From an uncultured Clostridia bacterium (GTDB lineage Bacteria; Bacillota; Clostridia; Christensenellales; UBA1242), in NCBI GenBank assembly GCA_944372745.1, contig CALWAB010000105.1, positions 1-32,883 on the forward strand: 32,883 nucleotides of DNA, written 5' to 3'. The notes beneath the pieces were generated by a model. It searched no databases. It was not told the DNA's origin and saw only the letters and a program-made list of their open reading frames with translations. Made by a program: the position numbers and the translations under genes. Each line of letters begins with the position of its first letter. Position 1 is the stretch's first letter. Shown here piece after piece: positions 8,991 through 17,568 of this stretch.

Positions 8991-9896
8991 TTACATACAT
9001 AGACACTTAAAATTTTTGTCATAAACCCCCTCTATAGTTCCAGCACCATCTCTGGTAGATAATAGGACATATCTTTCAAATGTTTGTTTATCAATTAACT
9101 CATTAAAATCTTTTTTATTTCTTAAAGCATTAATATTATCACAATGTGTTGTTGCTATTACTTTTACCCCACAGCCCAATGCATAATGTATAGCTCTTAC
9201 ATCATCTTCATTTGCTATTTCATCTGTCATTACTACATCTGGACGCATACTTCTAATTCCATTCTCTAATCCAAATTTCTTAGTGCAATTTGTCATTACA
9301 TCACAAAAAATTCCCATATTGTATTGTGAAACTCCATTTACTGTATTAGCAATTTCATTTCTTTCATCAATAATCAATATATTTCGTAAATAACGCTGAG
9401 ATATTTGAAATGCTAAATCTCTTAGTAGAGTAGTTTTGCCTGCACCTGGGGATGATAAAATTAAAGTATTATGAATTAATGGTTCAGTTATAAATTCTAA
9501 AATTTTTAAACTGCAATTTTTTATCTCATGAGGTATTCTTATATTTAAAGATGACATATTTTTAATTGTTTTTATGATAGTTCCATCTCTAACACATGTC
9601 CCCGCTAATCCAATTCTAATACCACCTGAAATAGTTAAAAATCCTTGTTTAATATCTTCATTATAAGCATAAAGGGAATTTTCACAAGCCTGAGTAATGA
9701 CATAATCTATCATTTCTTTCTTACATATTATAGCCTTACTAATAACATCTGTAATTCCAGTCCTTGATAGATAATATAAACCACCATAATCTACTAATAT
9801 TGGACGCCCTAATCTCATTCTTATTTCATTCAACTTACTTTTATTTAAATTATCAAGTGCAATCGCAATAACATCAGGTAAATATTCATTTAACAT
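8991..9896 (-). CDS. spoIIIAA: stage III sporulation protein AA (secretion-type ATPase)
   Basis: Walker A 'SSPGAGKTTLLRDL', Walker B 'DVVMTDE'; start refined to ATG 9896 (GAGAGG SD) rather than the track's TTG at 9926. Confidence 0.85.
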   Translation of the reverse strand: MLNEYLPDVIAIALDNLNKSKLNEIRMRLGRPILVDYGGLYYLSRTGITDVISKAIICKKEMIDYVITQACENSLYAYNEDIKQGFLTISGGIRIGLAGTCVRDGTIIKTIKNMSSLNIRIPHEIKNCSLKILEFITEPLIHNTLILSSPGAGKTTLLRDLAFQISQRYLRNILIIDERNEIANTVNGVSQYNMGIFCDVMTNCTKKFGLENGIRSMRPDVVMTDEIANEDDVRAIHYALGCGVKVIATTHCDNINALRNKKDFNELIDKQTFERYVLLSTRDGAGTIEGVYDKNFKCLCM

Positions 9897-9912
9897 TTCA
9901 ACCTCTCTAATC

Positions 9913-9941
9913 ATTATATTAGACAAGCTTTAAAGATATGA
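9913..9941 (-). promoter_or_regulatory. sigma-E-type sporulation promoter upstream of spoIIIAA (TCATATC-14 nt-AATATAAT)
   Basis: Minus strand: TCATATC (9935-9941), 14-nt spacer, AATATAAT (9913-9920); resembles the B. subtilis sigma-E consensus (ATA core at -35, CATACA-T at -10); same architecture upstream of spoIVA. Confidence 0.45.
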
Positions 9942-9942
9942 T

Positions 9943-9970
9943 AAAAAAAGACAACCGCATAGCGATTGTC
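9943..9970 (-). terminator. rho-independent terminator after the TIM-barrel gene
   Basis: Minus strand GACAATCGC-tat-GCGGTTGTC (9 bp including one G-U) followed by TTTTTTTAT. Confidence 0.65.
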
Positions 9971-9986
9971 GTAAAAACATTAGACC

Positions 9987-10856
9987 TTATTTAACAAGAG
10001 ATTGAAACATGTTTTTCAATTTTAAAGCATCTTGAGCCATAATATTTTTAGATTCTGATATAACCGTTACATTATCCATTTTGTACTCTATTAGCAATTC
10101 CGCTAAAGGTTCAAATTCAGGACCATATTTTATATCATCTAAAGTGAGATGTTTTACCTCTCCTCTATCCGAAAATTCAATTTTTGAAAAATGGATATGT
10201 AATTTATTAGCTTTTTCATCACCCAATTTATCAAATAAATAGTCTAAACTCTTTCGATAATAGTTTTTATCCAATTTACCTTGTAAAATACAATTTATGT
10301 GTCCAAAATCAAATGTTGGTATTAATGCGTCATGAATTGTACATAAATCTGTTATTTCCTTATATGTACCTATTTGCTGAAATTTTCCCATTGTTTCTGG
10401 GCAAATAAATAATTTGTCATCTTTAAAAATTGAATCATATATTTCCATATATCTAATCAAATTCTTTTTAGTAATTTGAAGTGCTTCTTCTCGGTTCATT
10501 TTCATACAACTGCCTAAATGAACAACACACATATTCCCATTCATTAATTTCAACTTTTTTAAGGATGCAGTTATATAATCAAAAGATTTTTTTATCTGTT
10601 CTTCATTCGGATTAGCTAAATTAATAAAATAAGGAGCATGCACACTTATTTCTATATTATTTAATTTCGCTAAATTTGCAAATTCTAAAGCTGTTTCGTC
10701 TTTTAACAATATCCCTCTGCCAAATGAATACTCATATAAATCTAATCCAATCTGCTTTAGCCATTCAAAAACATCTTTACTAGATTTATGCCCCTGAGCA
10801 TAAAATTTCTCGTCATTTCCTGACGGCCCGAACCTTACCATATTATACCTCGTCAA
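9987..10856 (-). CDS. endonuclease IV-like / xylose-isomerase-fold TIM-barrel protein
   Basis: 'RFGPSGN...FY..G.KSS.....WL...GL..YEY.FGRG' N-terminus and 'VHAPYFINLA', 'VVHLGS', 'FDFGH' metal-site-like motifs. Confidence 0.55.
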   Translation of the reverse strand: MTRYNMVRFGPSGNDEKFYAQGHKSSKDVFEWLKQIGLDLYEYSFGRGILLKDETALEFANLAKLNNIEISVHAPYFINLANPNEEQIKKSFDYITASLKKLKLMNGNMCVVHLGSCMKMNREEALQITKKNLIRYMEIYDSIFKDDKLFICPETMGKFQQIGTYKEITDLCTIHDALIPTFDFGHINCILQGKLDKNYYRKSLDYLFDKLGDEKANKLHIHFSKIEFSDRGEVKHLTLDDIKYGPEFEPLAELLIEYKMDNVTVISESKNIMAQDALKLKNMFQSLVK

Positions 10857-10867
10857 ATTTCATTATA

Positions 10868-11719
10868 CTATATAAAGCGTATTTTATTAATAAAATACCC
10901 ATTATCTAGTATACCAAATGAAATTATTTTTTCATTATATCGTAAAATAGCCTTATCTCCATTACTAGATAAATCTAAAACTTTGAATCTCCCACTATTA
11001 TAAAATAATTCTAAATCATGTTGATTACATAAATTAATACTTTTGACATTCTTAAATATTTCATCTAGAGAAATAACATTGTCTATCCCAACATCATCAA
11101 TTTTGATAGCATTTTCTATTGAAAACTCTCCACATTTTGTTCTTTGCAAATAACTCATAAATGCAAATGTATTTAATTTATAGGCTATATCCCTAGCAAT
11201 ACTTCTTATATATGTTCCAGAAGAACATTCTATTTTAAAACTAAATGTATCTATACTAACTTGATTAATTAACTCTATATTATAAATTGTTATACACTTT
11301 GGTGTTAAATCAAATTCTATATTTAATCGTGCCAAGTCATAGGCACGCACACCATTAATTTTTTTTGCAGAATATTTTGGCGGTAACTGTTCTTGCTCTC
11401 CTTTAAAAGAAGGAAGTATTTTCAACAAATCATCATAACTAGGAATAATATTACTCTCTTCCAAAATTTCACCTTCGGAATCTAAAGTACTTGTTTCTTT
11501 ACCAAAGGTAAAATTCGCAATATATGTTTTATTTTTTTTTAAATAGTAGTCAAATAACTTCGTACATTTACCTAATGTGATAGGCAAGACCCCTTCCGCT
11601 AATGGATCCAATGTACCTAAATGCCCAACTTTCTTTTCTCCTATCTTTTTGCCTACTAGTCTACAAGCATAATTGCTCGACATGCCTTTAGACTTGTCCA
11701 ATATAATAATGCCGTTCAT
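10868..11719 (-). CDS. truB: tRNA pseudouridine(55) synthase
   Basis: 'KVGHLGTLDPLAEGVLPI' catalytic Asp motif; position after rbfA-nrnA. Confidence 0.9.
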   Translation of the reverse strand: MNGIIILDKSKGMSSNYACRLVGKKIGEKKVGHLGTLDPLAEGVLPITLGKCTKLFDYYLKKNKTYIANFTFGKETSTLDSEGEILEESNIIPSYDDLLKILPSFKGEQEQLPPKYSAKKINGVRAYDLARLNIEFDLTPKCITIYNIELINQVSIDTFSFKIECSSGTYIRSIARDIAYKLNTFAFMSYLQRTKCGEFSIENAIKIDDVGIDNVISLDEIFKNVKSINLCNQHDLELFYNSGRFKVLDLSSNGDKAILRYNEKIISFGILDNGYFINKIRFI

Positions 11720-11722
11720 TTT

Positions 11723-12682
11723 CTAAATCCTTTTTTGAATTGCTTTTACTAAAGCGTTTATAATCTTAAAAATTTGACCATACATTTGACATCCAGAAGC
11801 TTTTGCATGACCACCACCGCCAAAATCTTTTGCAACTTCACTAGCATCAATATTATTTTTACTACGAATACTTACTTTGTGCACATTAGGACTAGCTTCA
11901 GTTATTAAAACTGCTACTTCTACTGTATCTATGGATAAAATATGACTAATTACACCACCAGTATCTTCTACTACAGCATTATACTTTTTTAAGTCATCTT
12001 GCGAAATAAATGAAACAGCTATCTTACCTAAATTATACATTTGTAAATTATTTAAAGCTGTTTTTAATAACATTGTTGTTTTGTATGAAGTTCGCATCAT
12101 AAAATGTCTATTAATGTTTTCAGCATCAATTTTATGTTCTAACAAATCTGCCACAACTCTCAAGGTGTGAGAAGTCGTACAATCATGCATAAACCCACCA
12201 GTATCCCTCAATATACCAAGATATATAAACTCTGCAATCCTTTTATCAATAATAAAATCTTGATTCATTAAAATATCATAAATAAATTCACTTGCACTTG
12301 AACTTCCTATGGATACAAAGTTGTGTTTTGCAAAAGGCATAAAAGTTTTGTGATGATCAATGGCTAAAGTATTATCACATTTTTTAATTAAATTACTATA
12401 ATCTCCAACTCGGTCAATCCCTGCACAATCTGTAATAATTATTAAATCAACATTCTCTGGCTTTTTATATTCAATTAAATCACTTACAAAAAAATAATGA
12501 TATTCTTCTGGTAATTGAGCTTGAAGATAAACTTTAGATTCTTTACCAAGCTCTTGTAATAGAGTAGCTAAGGCACACGATGATCCTATAGCATCTCCAT
12601 CCGGCAAAATGTGAGTTAATATAGCCACATTATTAGCATTATTTATTAAATCTTTAATTATGCTAAAATCTTCATTCATCAT
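11723..12682 (-). CDS. nrnA: DHH-family phosphoesterase (NrnA-like oligoribonuclease/pAp phosphatase)
   Basis: Motifs 'HILPDGDAIGS', 'ITDCAG', 'AIDHH', 'GGGHAKASG'. Confidence 0.8.
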   Translation of the reverse strand: MMNEDFSIIKDLINNANNVAILTHILPDGDAIGSSCALATLLQELGKESKVYLQAQLPEEYHYFFVSDLIEYKKPENVDLIIITDCAGIDRVGDYSNLIKKCDNTLAIDHHKTFMPFAKHNFVSIGSSSASEFIYDILMNQDFIIDKRIAEFIYLGILRDTGGFMHDCTTSHTLRVVADLLEHKIDAENINRHFMMRTSYKTTMLLKTALNNLQMYNLGKIAVSFISQDDLKKYNAVVEDTGGVISHILSIDTVEVAVLITEASPNVHKVSIRSKNNIDASEVAKDFGGGGHAKASGCQMYGQIFKIINALVKAIQKRI

Positions 12683-12704
12683 TTACTAAATCCTTTTAAT
12701 TAAT

Positions 12705-12744
12705 ATTTAAGAAAAGGGCTTACCATTTGATTGATAAGCCCTTT
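12705..12744 (-). terminator. hairpin/partial terminator directly after rbfA
   Basis: 10-bp stem AAAGGGCTTA/TAAGCCCTTT with 12-nt loop starting 3 nt after the rbfA stop; followed by a short interrupted U-tract (TTTCTT), so possibly an attenuator or processing site. Confidence 0.45.
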
Positions 12745-12747
12745 AAT

Positions 12748-13080
12748 TTAAATAGTTTTAAATATAGCGTTCATCTTATCTACATAATCAAGTGTTTCAT
12801 CCAAATGAAAATGTAGTTCAGGCATCATTCTAATATCTACCATTTCAGCCAATTTTTTTCTTATAAATCCAGCACACGATATAATAGTTTTAAAGCACTC
12901 ATCTTTATTTTTTGAATTATAAATGCTAAGATAAATATTACAATGCGATAAATCTTTTGTAATATTGACTTCACTAATTGTAATCATACCATCTATTCGT
13001 GGGTCTTTAATTTCATTTTTAAAAATGGTAGATAATGCCTTTAAAAATTCTTCGTTTAATTTATTTATCTTATTATTCAT
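12748..13080 (-). CDS. rbfA: ribosome-binding factor A
   Basis: 110 aa; 'KDPRI.GMITISEV.ITKDLSHCNIY' is typical of RbfA; start abuts the infB stop. Confidence 0.85.
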   Translation of the reverse strand: MNNKINKLNEEFLKALSTIFKNEIKDPRIDGMITISEVNITKDLSHCNIYLSIYNSKNKDECFKTIISCAGFIRKKLAEMVDIRMMPELHFHLDETLDYVDKMNAIFKTI

Positions 13081-15468
13081 TTATCTTTCTATTTGCTCCA
13101 TAATATATGCTTCAAAAATATCTAATTCTTTTATATCATTAAAATTGTCTAGTTTAATACCACACTCGTAACCCTGCATAACTTCTTTAACTTCTTGTTT
13201 CTCTTTTTGGAATGTTGTTATTGTAGTATCAACTACACATTCCCCATTTCTCATTACTCTTATGTGTGAATTTCTTGTTATTTTCCCATCTAATACATAA
13301 CAACCAGCTACTGTTCCAATTCTACTAATTTTAAATAGAACGCGAACTTCACAATGTCCTATTACCTTTTCAACAAATATAGGTTTTAACATAGATTTAA
13401 TTTTAGCATTAGCATCCTCAAGAACTTGATAAATAATTTTATATTTGTTTATCTCTACATTATGTTGTTCAGCCAATTCTTGTGCATTATTCTCCACTTT
13501 GACATTAAAGGCAACTATAGTAGCATTTGATGCAATGGCTAATTCTACATCATTTTCTGTAACTGCACCTACCCCACCATGAATACAATGCACCTTAACT
13601 TCTTCATTTTCTACGGCTGACAACATTTGCTCTAATGCCTCTAAAGAGCCCTGGACATCAGTTTTAACAATATAGTTACATGGTGTTTTATCATCCATAT
13701 GTCGTAAAAATTCATCTGCAGATATGCTTGTAATATTCTTTTGTTTAGCCAATTGTACTTTATTCTTGCGGTCATCTATGACTTGTTTTGCCATTTTCTC
13801 ATCTACAGCAATTAAAGTATCACCTGCGTTAGGCACTCTATCCAAGCCAAGAACTGAAACAGGAGTTGATGGAGTAGCACTCGTTATTCTCTGCCCCTTA
13901 TCGTTAGTCATAGCACGAACTCTTCCAACAGCAAGACCAGAAACTATAGTATCACCAACATGCAAAGTCCCATTAGTAATAAGTACATTCGCTACAGGAC
14001 CTTTACCCTTGTCAAGTTTAGCCTCTATAATACTACCTACAGCATTTTTATTAGGATTAGCACGCAAATCACTGACTTCACTAACTAGTAATACTACTTC
14101 CAACAACTTATCAAGATTTATTTTATTACGGGCAGAAATCTCAACCATCATTGTATCTCCACCCCATTCCTCAGGCAAGACATTGCACTCTGCTAATTGT
14201 TGTTTGATTCTATCAACATTTGCTTCAGGTTTATCAATTTTATTAATGGCTACAACCATAGGAACACCAGCTTTTCTTATATGTTCAATAGCTTCCTTGG
14301 TTTGAGGCATTACACCATCGTCAGCCGCTACAACAAGAATCGCAACATCTGTTACACTTGCCCCGCGAGCTCTCATAGCTGTAAAAGCTTCATGTCCCGG
14401 TGTATCAATAAATGTTATCTTATTCCCATTATAATCTATAGTGTAAGCTCCAATATGTTGCGTTATACCACCTGCCTCACTAGATGTCACATTTGTCTTT
14501 CTAATGGCGTCAAGCAGTGAAGTTTTCCCGTGGTCAACATGCCCCATAACTGTAACAACTGGTGGACGATTTACAGTATTTTGAATGTCATCAGCCTCTT
14601 TAATTTTTTCTAATAATTGTTCATCAGCACTTTTTTCTAACTTGAGTTCTAGTTTTACCCCAAATTCATCCGCTATAAGTTCTGCAGTAGGGAAATCAAT
14701 ATTAGTATTGATGTTAGCCATTATTCCCAGTATTATAAGCTTTTTAATAATATCAGAAGCTGTTTGCCCTATTTTTTCTGACAAAGTCTTCACGGACACT
14801 TCTTGAGTCGTGATAATAGCATGGTCTATTTTTATATAATTTGGATTTTCTGCAGTCTTACCTTTTTTCTTCTTTTTGCCAAAAAATTCTTCATCGTTTA
14901 TAGCAGAATCGTACTTAGTGACACGACCTTTCTTAACTTCATACTGTTTATGTTCGTTCTTCTTTTTGTTGGCTTGGCTATTTTGGAATTTATTTTTACC
15001 CTTTTCAATAACAACATCTGCAAAAGCAATTTTTTTCTCAACCTTTGGTTTTGGGTATTTATTAGTACTTTGTGTTGTATTGATTGTGTTATCGCGTTTT
15101 GGTTTCTGCTTATCATTAACTGAAGTCTTTTTATTTGAATAATGCGAATCACTTTTCTCGACAGGTTTATCAAAAACTCTTTTTTGAATATTACTTTTCG
15201 TTTCTTCTTGATTAATTATTTCGTCTTTCGGTGCATTATCTTGCTTCTTTTGACTTTCAGCTTTTTCATTTTCTATTTTAGCCTTAACCTCAATCAAATC
15301 TTTTTCTTTTGCTTTAGTACGCTTTAATATATTTTCAAGATCTGATTTCGCCTTTTTCAAATCATTTGAAAGATTAAAAATATCTCCATTACTTTGATGT
15401 AATTTTGCTATTAATTTCAAATTATCCAAAACAACTGTATTCTTTGTTGGTTTTTTATCAATTTCCAA
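13081..15468 (-). CDS. infB: translation initiation factor IF-2
   Basis: K/E-rich N-terminal region, then GTPase motifs '[14 protein letters not shown]', 'DTPGHEAF', 'NKIDK'; TTG start with GAGGT SD. Confidence 0.95.
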   Translation of the reverse strand: MEIDKKPTKNTVVLDNLKLIAKLHQSNGDIFNLSNDLKKAKSDLENILKRTKAKEKDLIEVKAKIENEKAESQKKQDNAPKDEIINQEETKSNIQKRVFDKPVEKSDSHYSNKKTSVNDKQKPKRDNTINTTQSTNKYPKPKVEKKIAFADVVIEKGKNKFQNSQANKKKNEHKQYEVKKGRVTKYDSAINDEEFFGKKKKKGKTAENPNYIKIDHAIITTQEVSVKTLSEKIGQTASDIIKKLIILGIMANINTNIDFPTAELIADEFGVKLELKLEKSADEQLLEKIKEADDIQNTVNRPPVVTVMGHVDHGKTSLLDAIRKTNVTSSEAGGITQHIGAYTIDYNGNKITFIDTPGHEAFTAMRARGASVTDVAILVVAADDGVMPQTKEAIEHIRKAGVPMVVAINKIDKPEANVDRIKQQLAECNVLPEEWGGDTMMVEISARNKINLDKLLEVVLLVSEVSDLRANPNKNAVGSIIEAKLDKGKGPVANVLITNGTLHVGDTIVSGLAVGRVRAMTNDKGQRITSATPSTPVSVLGLDRVPNAGDTLIAVDEKMAKQVIDDRKNKVQLAKQKNITSISADEFLRHMDDKTPCNYIVKTDVQGSLEALEQMLSAVENEEVKVHCIHGGVGAVTENDVELAIASNATIVAFNVKVENNAQELAEQHNVEINKYKIIYQVLEDANAKIKSMLKPIFVEKVIGHCEVRVLFKISRIGTVAGCYVLDGKITRNSHIRVMRNGECVVDTTITTFQKEKQEVKEVMQGYECGIKLDNFNDIKELDIFEAYIMEQIER

Positions 15469-15499
15469 TGCTATTACCTCTTTTAGCTATTTTAACATA

Positions 15500-15757
15500 T
15501 TATATAAACTTTGTCAATTCTTCATAAGTTTGCTTATCTATTTCTTTATGAAATGCTCTATTCAAACTATGTTTTTTAATTGCTGTATTAACGCATTCTT
15601 CATTCTTACAAATATAAGCACTTCGTCCAAAATACTTTTGTTTGTCATTATTTATATGCGTTTCGCCTTTACAAAGGGTCACCCTAATCAGTGCTTCCTT
15701 AGGTTTCATTTGTCTACAGACTATACACATTCTCAATGGCTCATTCAAATTGTTCAC
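15500..15757 (-). CDS. rnpM: YlxR/RnpM (DUF448) RNA-binding protein
   Basis: 'RMCIVCRQ...K.ELIR' and 'GRSAYIC' motifs; GTG start directly after the nusA TAG. Confidence 0.8.
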   Translation of the reverse strand: MNNLNEPLRMCIVCRQMKPKEALIRVTLCKGETHINNDKQKYFGRSAYICKNEECVNTAIKKHSLNRAFHKEIDKQTYEELTKFI

Positions 15758-17014
15758 CTATTTGTCTTCTTCAAAATCAAATTCAAAGTCAGAATTATCA
15801 AATTCATCATCACTTATAACTTCCGTTGAATCGCTATCCATATTTATAGTATTTGTATTATTTTCTGTGTTTTCTTCATCCAAACTAAAATCTTCTTCAT
15901 CGGATAATACAAAATCATTTTCGTCTAGATTGTCTGCTATTCCTGAGTTAAATATAGTTTCCTTTGAATCTTGTTCTTCAGTTTTAACATCGATTTTAAA
16001 CCCGGTTAATTTAGCTGCCAATCTTACATTATGTCCATTCATACCTATGGCTAATGATAATTTATCTTTGTCTACTATAACTTTAGCACTGTGGTTTAAT
16101 TCATCAATTTCTACACTTTTTACAGTAGCAGGTTGTAATGCTCTTGCAATATATACAAACGGGTCTTCGCTATATTCAATGACATCTATTTTTTCACCAT
16201 TTAATTCAGCAGTTATTGTATTAATTCGAGCCCCTTTATTTCCTATACATGCACCAACTGGGTCTATAGTACCGTTAACTGAAGCAACTGCAATTTTTGT
16301 TCTTAAACCAGCTTCGCGAGCAATACTTTTAATTTCTACTTCTCCACTTTCTATTTCTGGAACTTCAATTTCAAGTAAACGACGAACATATCCAGCAGCT
16401 TTTCTTGACAAACAAATTTGAGGTCCAAAAGGTGTATCTTTTATTTGTTTAACAAAAACTTTAATCTTGTCTCCAATATTATACTTTTCGTTTGGAATTT
16501 GCTCATAATTATTCAAAACGCCATATATATTTGAACCAGCTATTTCTACATAAACATTTTTTTCATCTTTTCTATTTATAATGCCAGTTATTATTTCATT
16601 CTCTTTTCCATTCATTTCTTGCAATAGTTTATCTTTTTCTGCTTCGTGAATTTTTTGCATTATAATATGTTTAGCAGTTTGTGCGGCTATTCTTCCAAAT
16701 TCTTCTTTAGGTACTACCTCTTCAGTAATTAAATCTCCTACTTTATACTTAGCACGAGTCAATCCCGCATTAGCATCCTGAACACTAATTTGTTTCTCTG
16801 GGTCTTCTACTTCATCCACTACACTTTTATAGGCATATAATTTAATCGTGTTTTTTTCTGGTATGAGCTTAACAAAAGCAGATCTAGCTTCACCAAAATT
16901 CTTCTTATAAGCAGATGTCAAAGCTGTCTCAAGAATCTGAATAAACTCTTCCTTATTAATATTTTTTTGTTCTTCTAAATCATTAAGTGCATTAAAAAAA
17001 TCTTTGCTTACCAT
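15758..17014 (-). CDS. nusA: transcription termination/antitermination factor NusA with acidic C-terminal tail
   Basis: N-terminal domain, S1 and two KH regions ('GACIGNKGARI', 'AIGMNGHNVRLAAKLTG'); ~70-aa D/E/N-rich tail. Confidence 0.95.
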   Translation of the reverse strand: MVSKDFFNALNDLEEQKNINKEEFIQILETALTSAYKKNFGEARSAFVKLIPEKNTIKLYAYKSVVDEVEDPEKQISVQDANAGLTRAKYKVGDLITEEVVPKEEFGRIAAQTAKHIIMQKIHEAEKDKLLQEMNGKENEIITGIINRKDEKNVYVEIAGSNIYGVLNNYEQIPNEKYNIGDKIKVFVKQIKDTPFGPQICLSRKAAGYVRRLLEIEVPEIESGEVEIKSIAREAGLRTKIAVASVNGTIDPVGACIGNKGARINTITAELNGEKIDVIEYSEDPFVYIARALQPATVKSVEIDELNHSAKVIVDKDKLSLAIGMNGHNVRLAAKLTGFKIDVKTEEQDSKETIFNSGIADNLDENDFVLSDEEDFSLDEENTENNTNTINMDSDSTEVISDDEFDNSDFEFDFEEDK

Positions 17015-17023
17015 TTTATTCTC

Positions 17024-17482
17024 CTAAAAATCTATGCTCAATTTTGCATTTGCAATATCTTTTCTATCAAATTCTTTATTTTCACCATCTATCTGTAATA
17101 TTATACTATTATCATTGACTTCAATTAATTTTCCTGTAAATTCTTTTTTACCATATTGATTATTAAATAACTTAATATCAATATCTTGGTTTAAACGATA
17201 TAAAAATTCTTTAGTTGTCTTTAATTGTCTTGTAAGACCGAATGAAGATACACTTAAATTGTATGATTCACCATTAGAAATATCTATATCTTCTATCTTT
17301 GAATCTATAGCATTGTGTACTTTCTCTCAATCATCTATTGTAACACCACCATCTTTATCAATAAAAATAGTCAAGGTCATATCATCGCCTTCTTTAGCGT
17401 ATTCAACTTCAATAAGTTTACATCCACAACTTTCAATAATTGGAGTAATTTCTTTTTCAATTTCTTCTAATTTATTAGACAT
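17024..17482 (-). pseudogene. rimP: ribosome maturation factor RimP, single frame interrupted by one in-frame TGA (codon 52, 17327-17329)
   Basis: Manual translation from ATG 17482 (AAGAGG SD) to TAG 17024: 'MSNKLEEIEKEITPIIESCGCKLIEVEYAKEGDDMTLTIFIDKDGGVTIDD*EKVHNAIDS...YNLSVSSFGLTRQLK...DIANAKLSIDF'; RimP-like on both sides of the stop; absent from the ORF track because of the stop. Confidence 0.75.
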
Positions 17483-17501
17483 AATTTCCTCTTATAAAAT
17501 T

Positions 17502-17522
17502 GAGAGTGGCAAAGCCACTCTC
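17502..17522 (-). promoter_or_regulatory. leader hairpin (possible attenuator) in the rimP-nusA 5' UTR
   Basis: Perfect 9-bp stem GAGAGTGGC-ttt-GCCACTCTC followed by AATTTTAT (interrupted U-tract), located between the predicted promoter and the rimP SD. Confidence 0.45.
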
Positions 17523-17534
17523 ATTTACAACATT

Positions 17535-17563
17535 AGTATATCACACTTATATGATTTAGTCAA
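17535..17563 (-). promoter_or_regulatory. sigma-A-type promoter of the rimP-nusA-infB operon (TTGACT-17 nt-TGaTATACT)
   Basis: Minus strand: TTGACT (17558-17563), 17-nt spacer with TG, TATACT (17535-17540). Confidence 0.5.
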
Positions 17564-17568
17564 GTAAT

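Noticed and set aside
13724-16421. Long plus-strand ORFs antisense to infB and nusA (for example 13724-14305, 193 aa; 15642-16421, 259 aa), and similar ones inside parC, parE, spoIVA, tkt and spoIIIAE
   Set aside because: They lie entirely within strongly supported conserved genes on the other strand. They encode Ser/Leu/Ile/Phe-rich low-complexity products typical of shadow frames and lack SD sequences.
17270-17326. SECIS element downstream of the rimP TGA
   Set aside because: Only 4-5 bp AU-rich stems can be drawn by hand (for example CUAU/AUAG and GAUA/UAUU). There is no stable hairpin at the expected distance with an apical G-containing loop. Selenocysteine is kept only as a hypothesis to test.
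17327-17329. Genome-wide TGA reassignment (code 4 or 25) as the explanation for the in-frame TGA in rimP
   Set aside because: Every other gene in ~30 kb of coding sequence is intact under the standard code. TGA also serves as the terminal codon of four ORFs (ends at 1970, 5899, 7928, 8520), including a typical ATGA stop/start overlap between spoIIIAD and spoIIIAE. A reassigned codon would appear in-frame in many genes.
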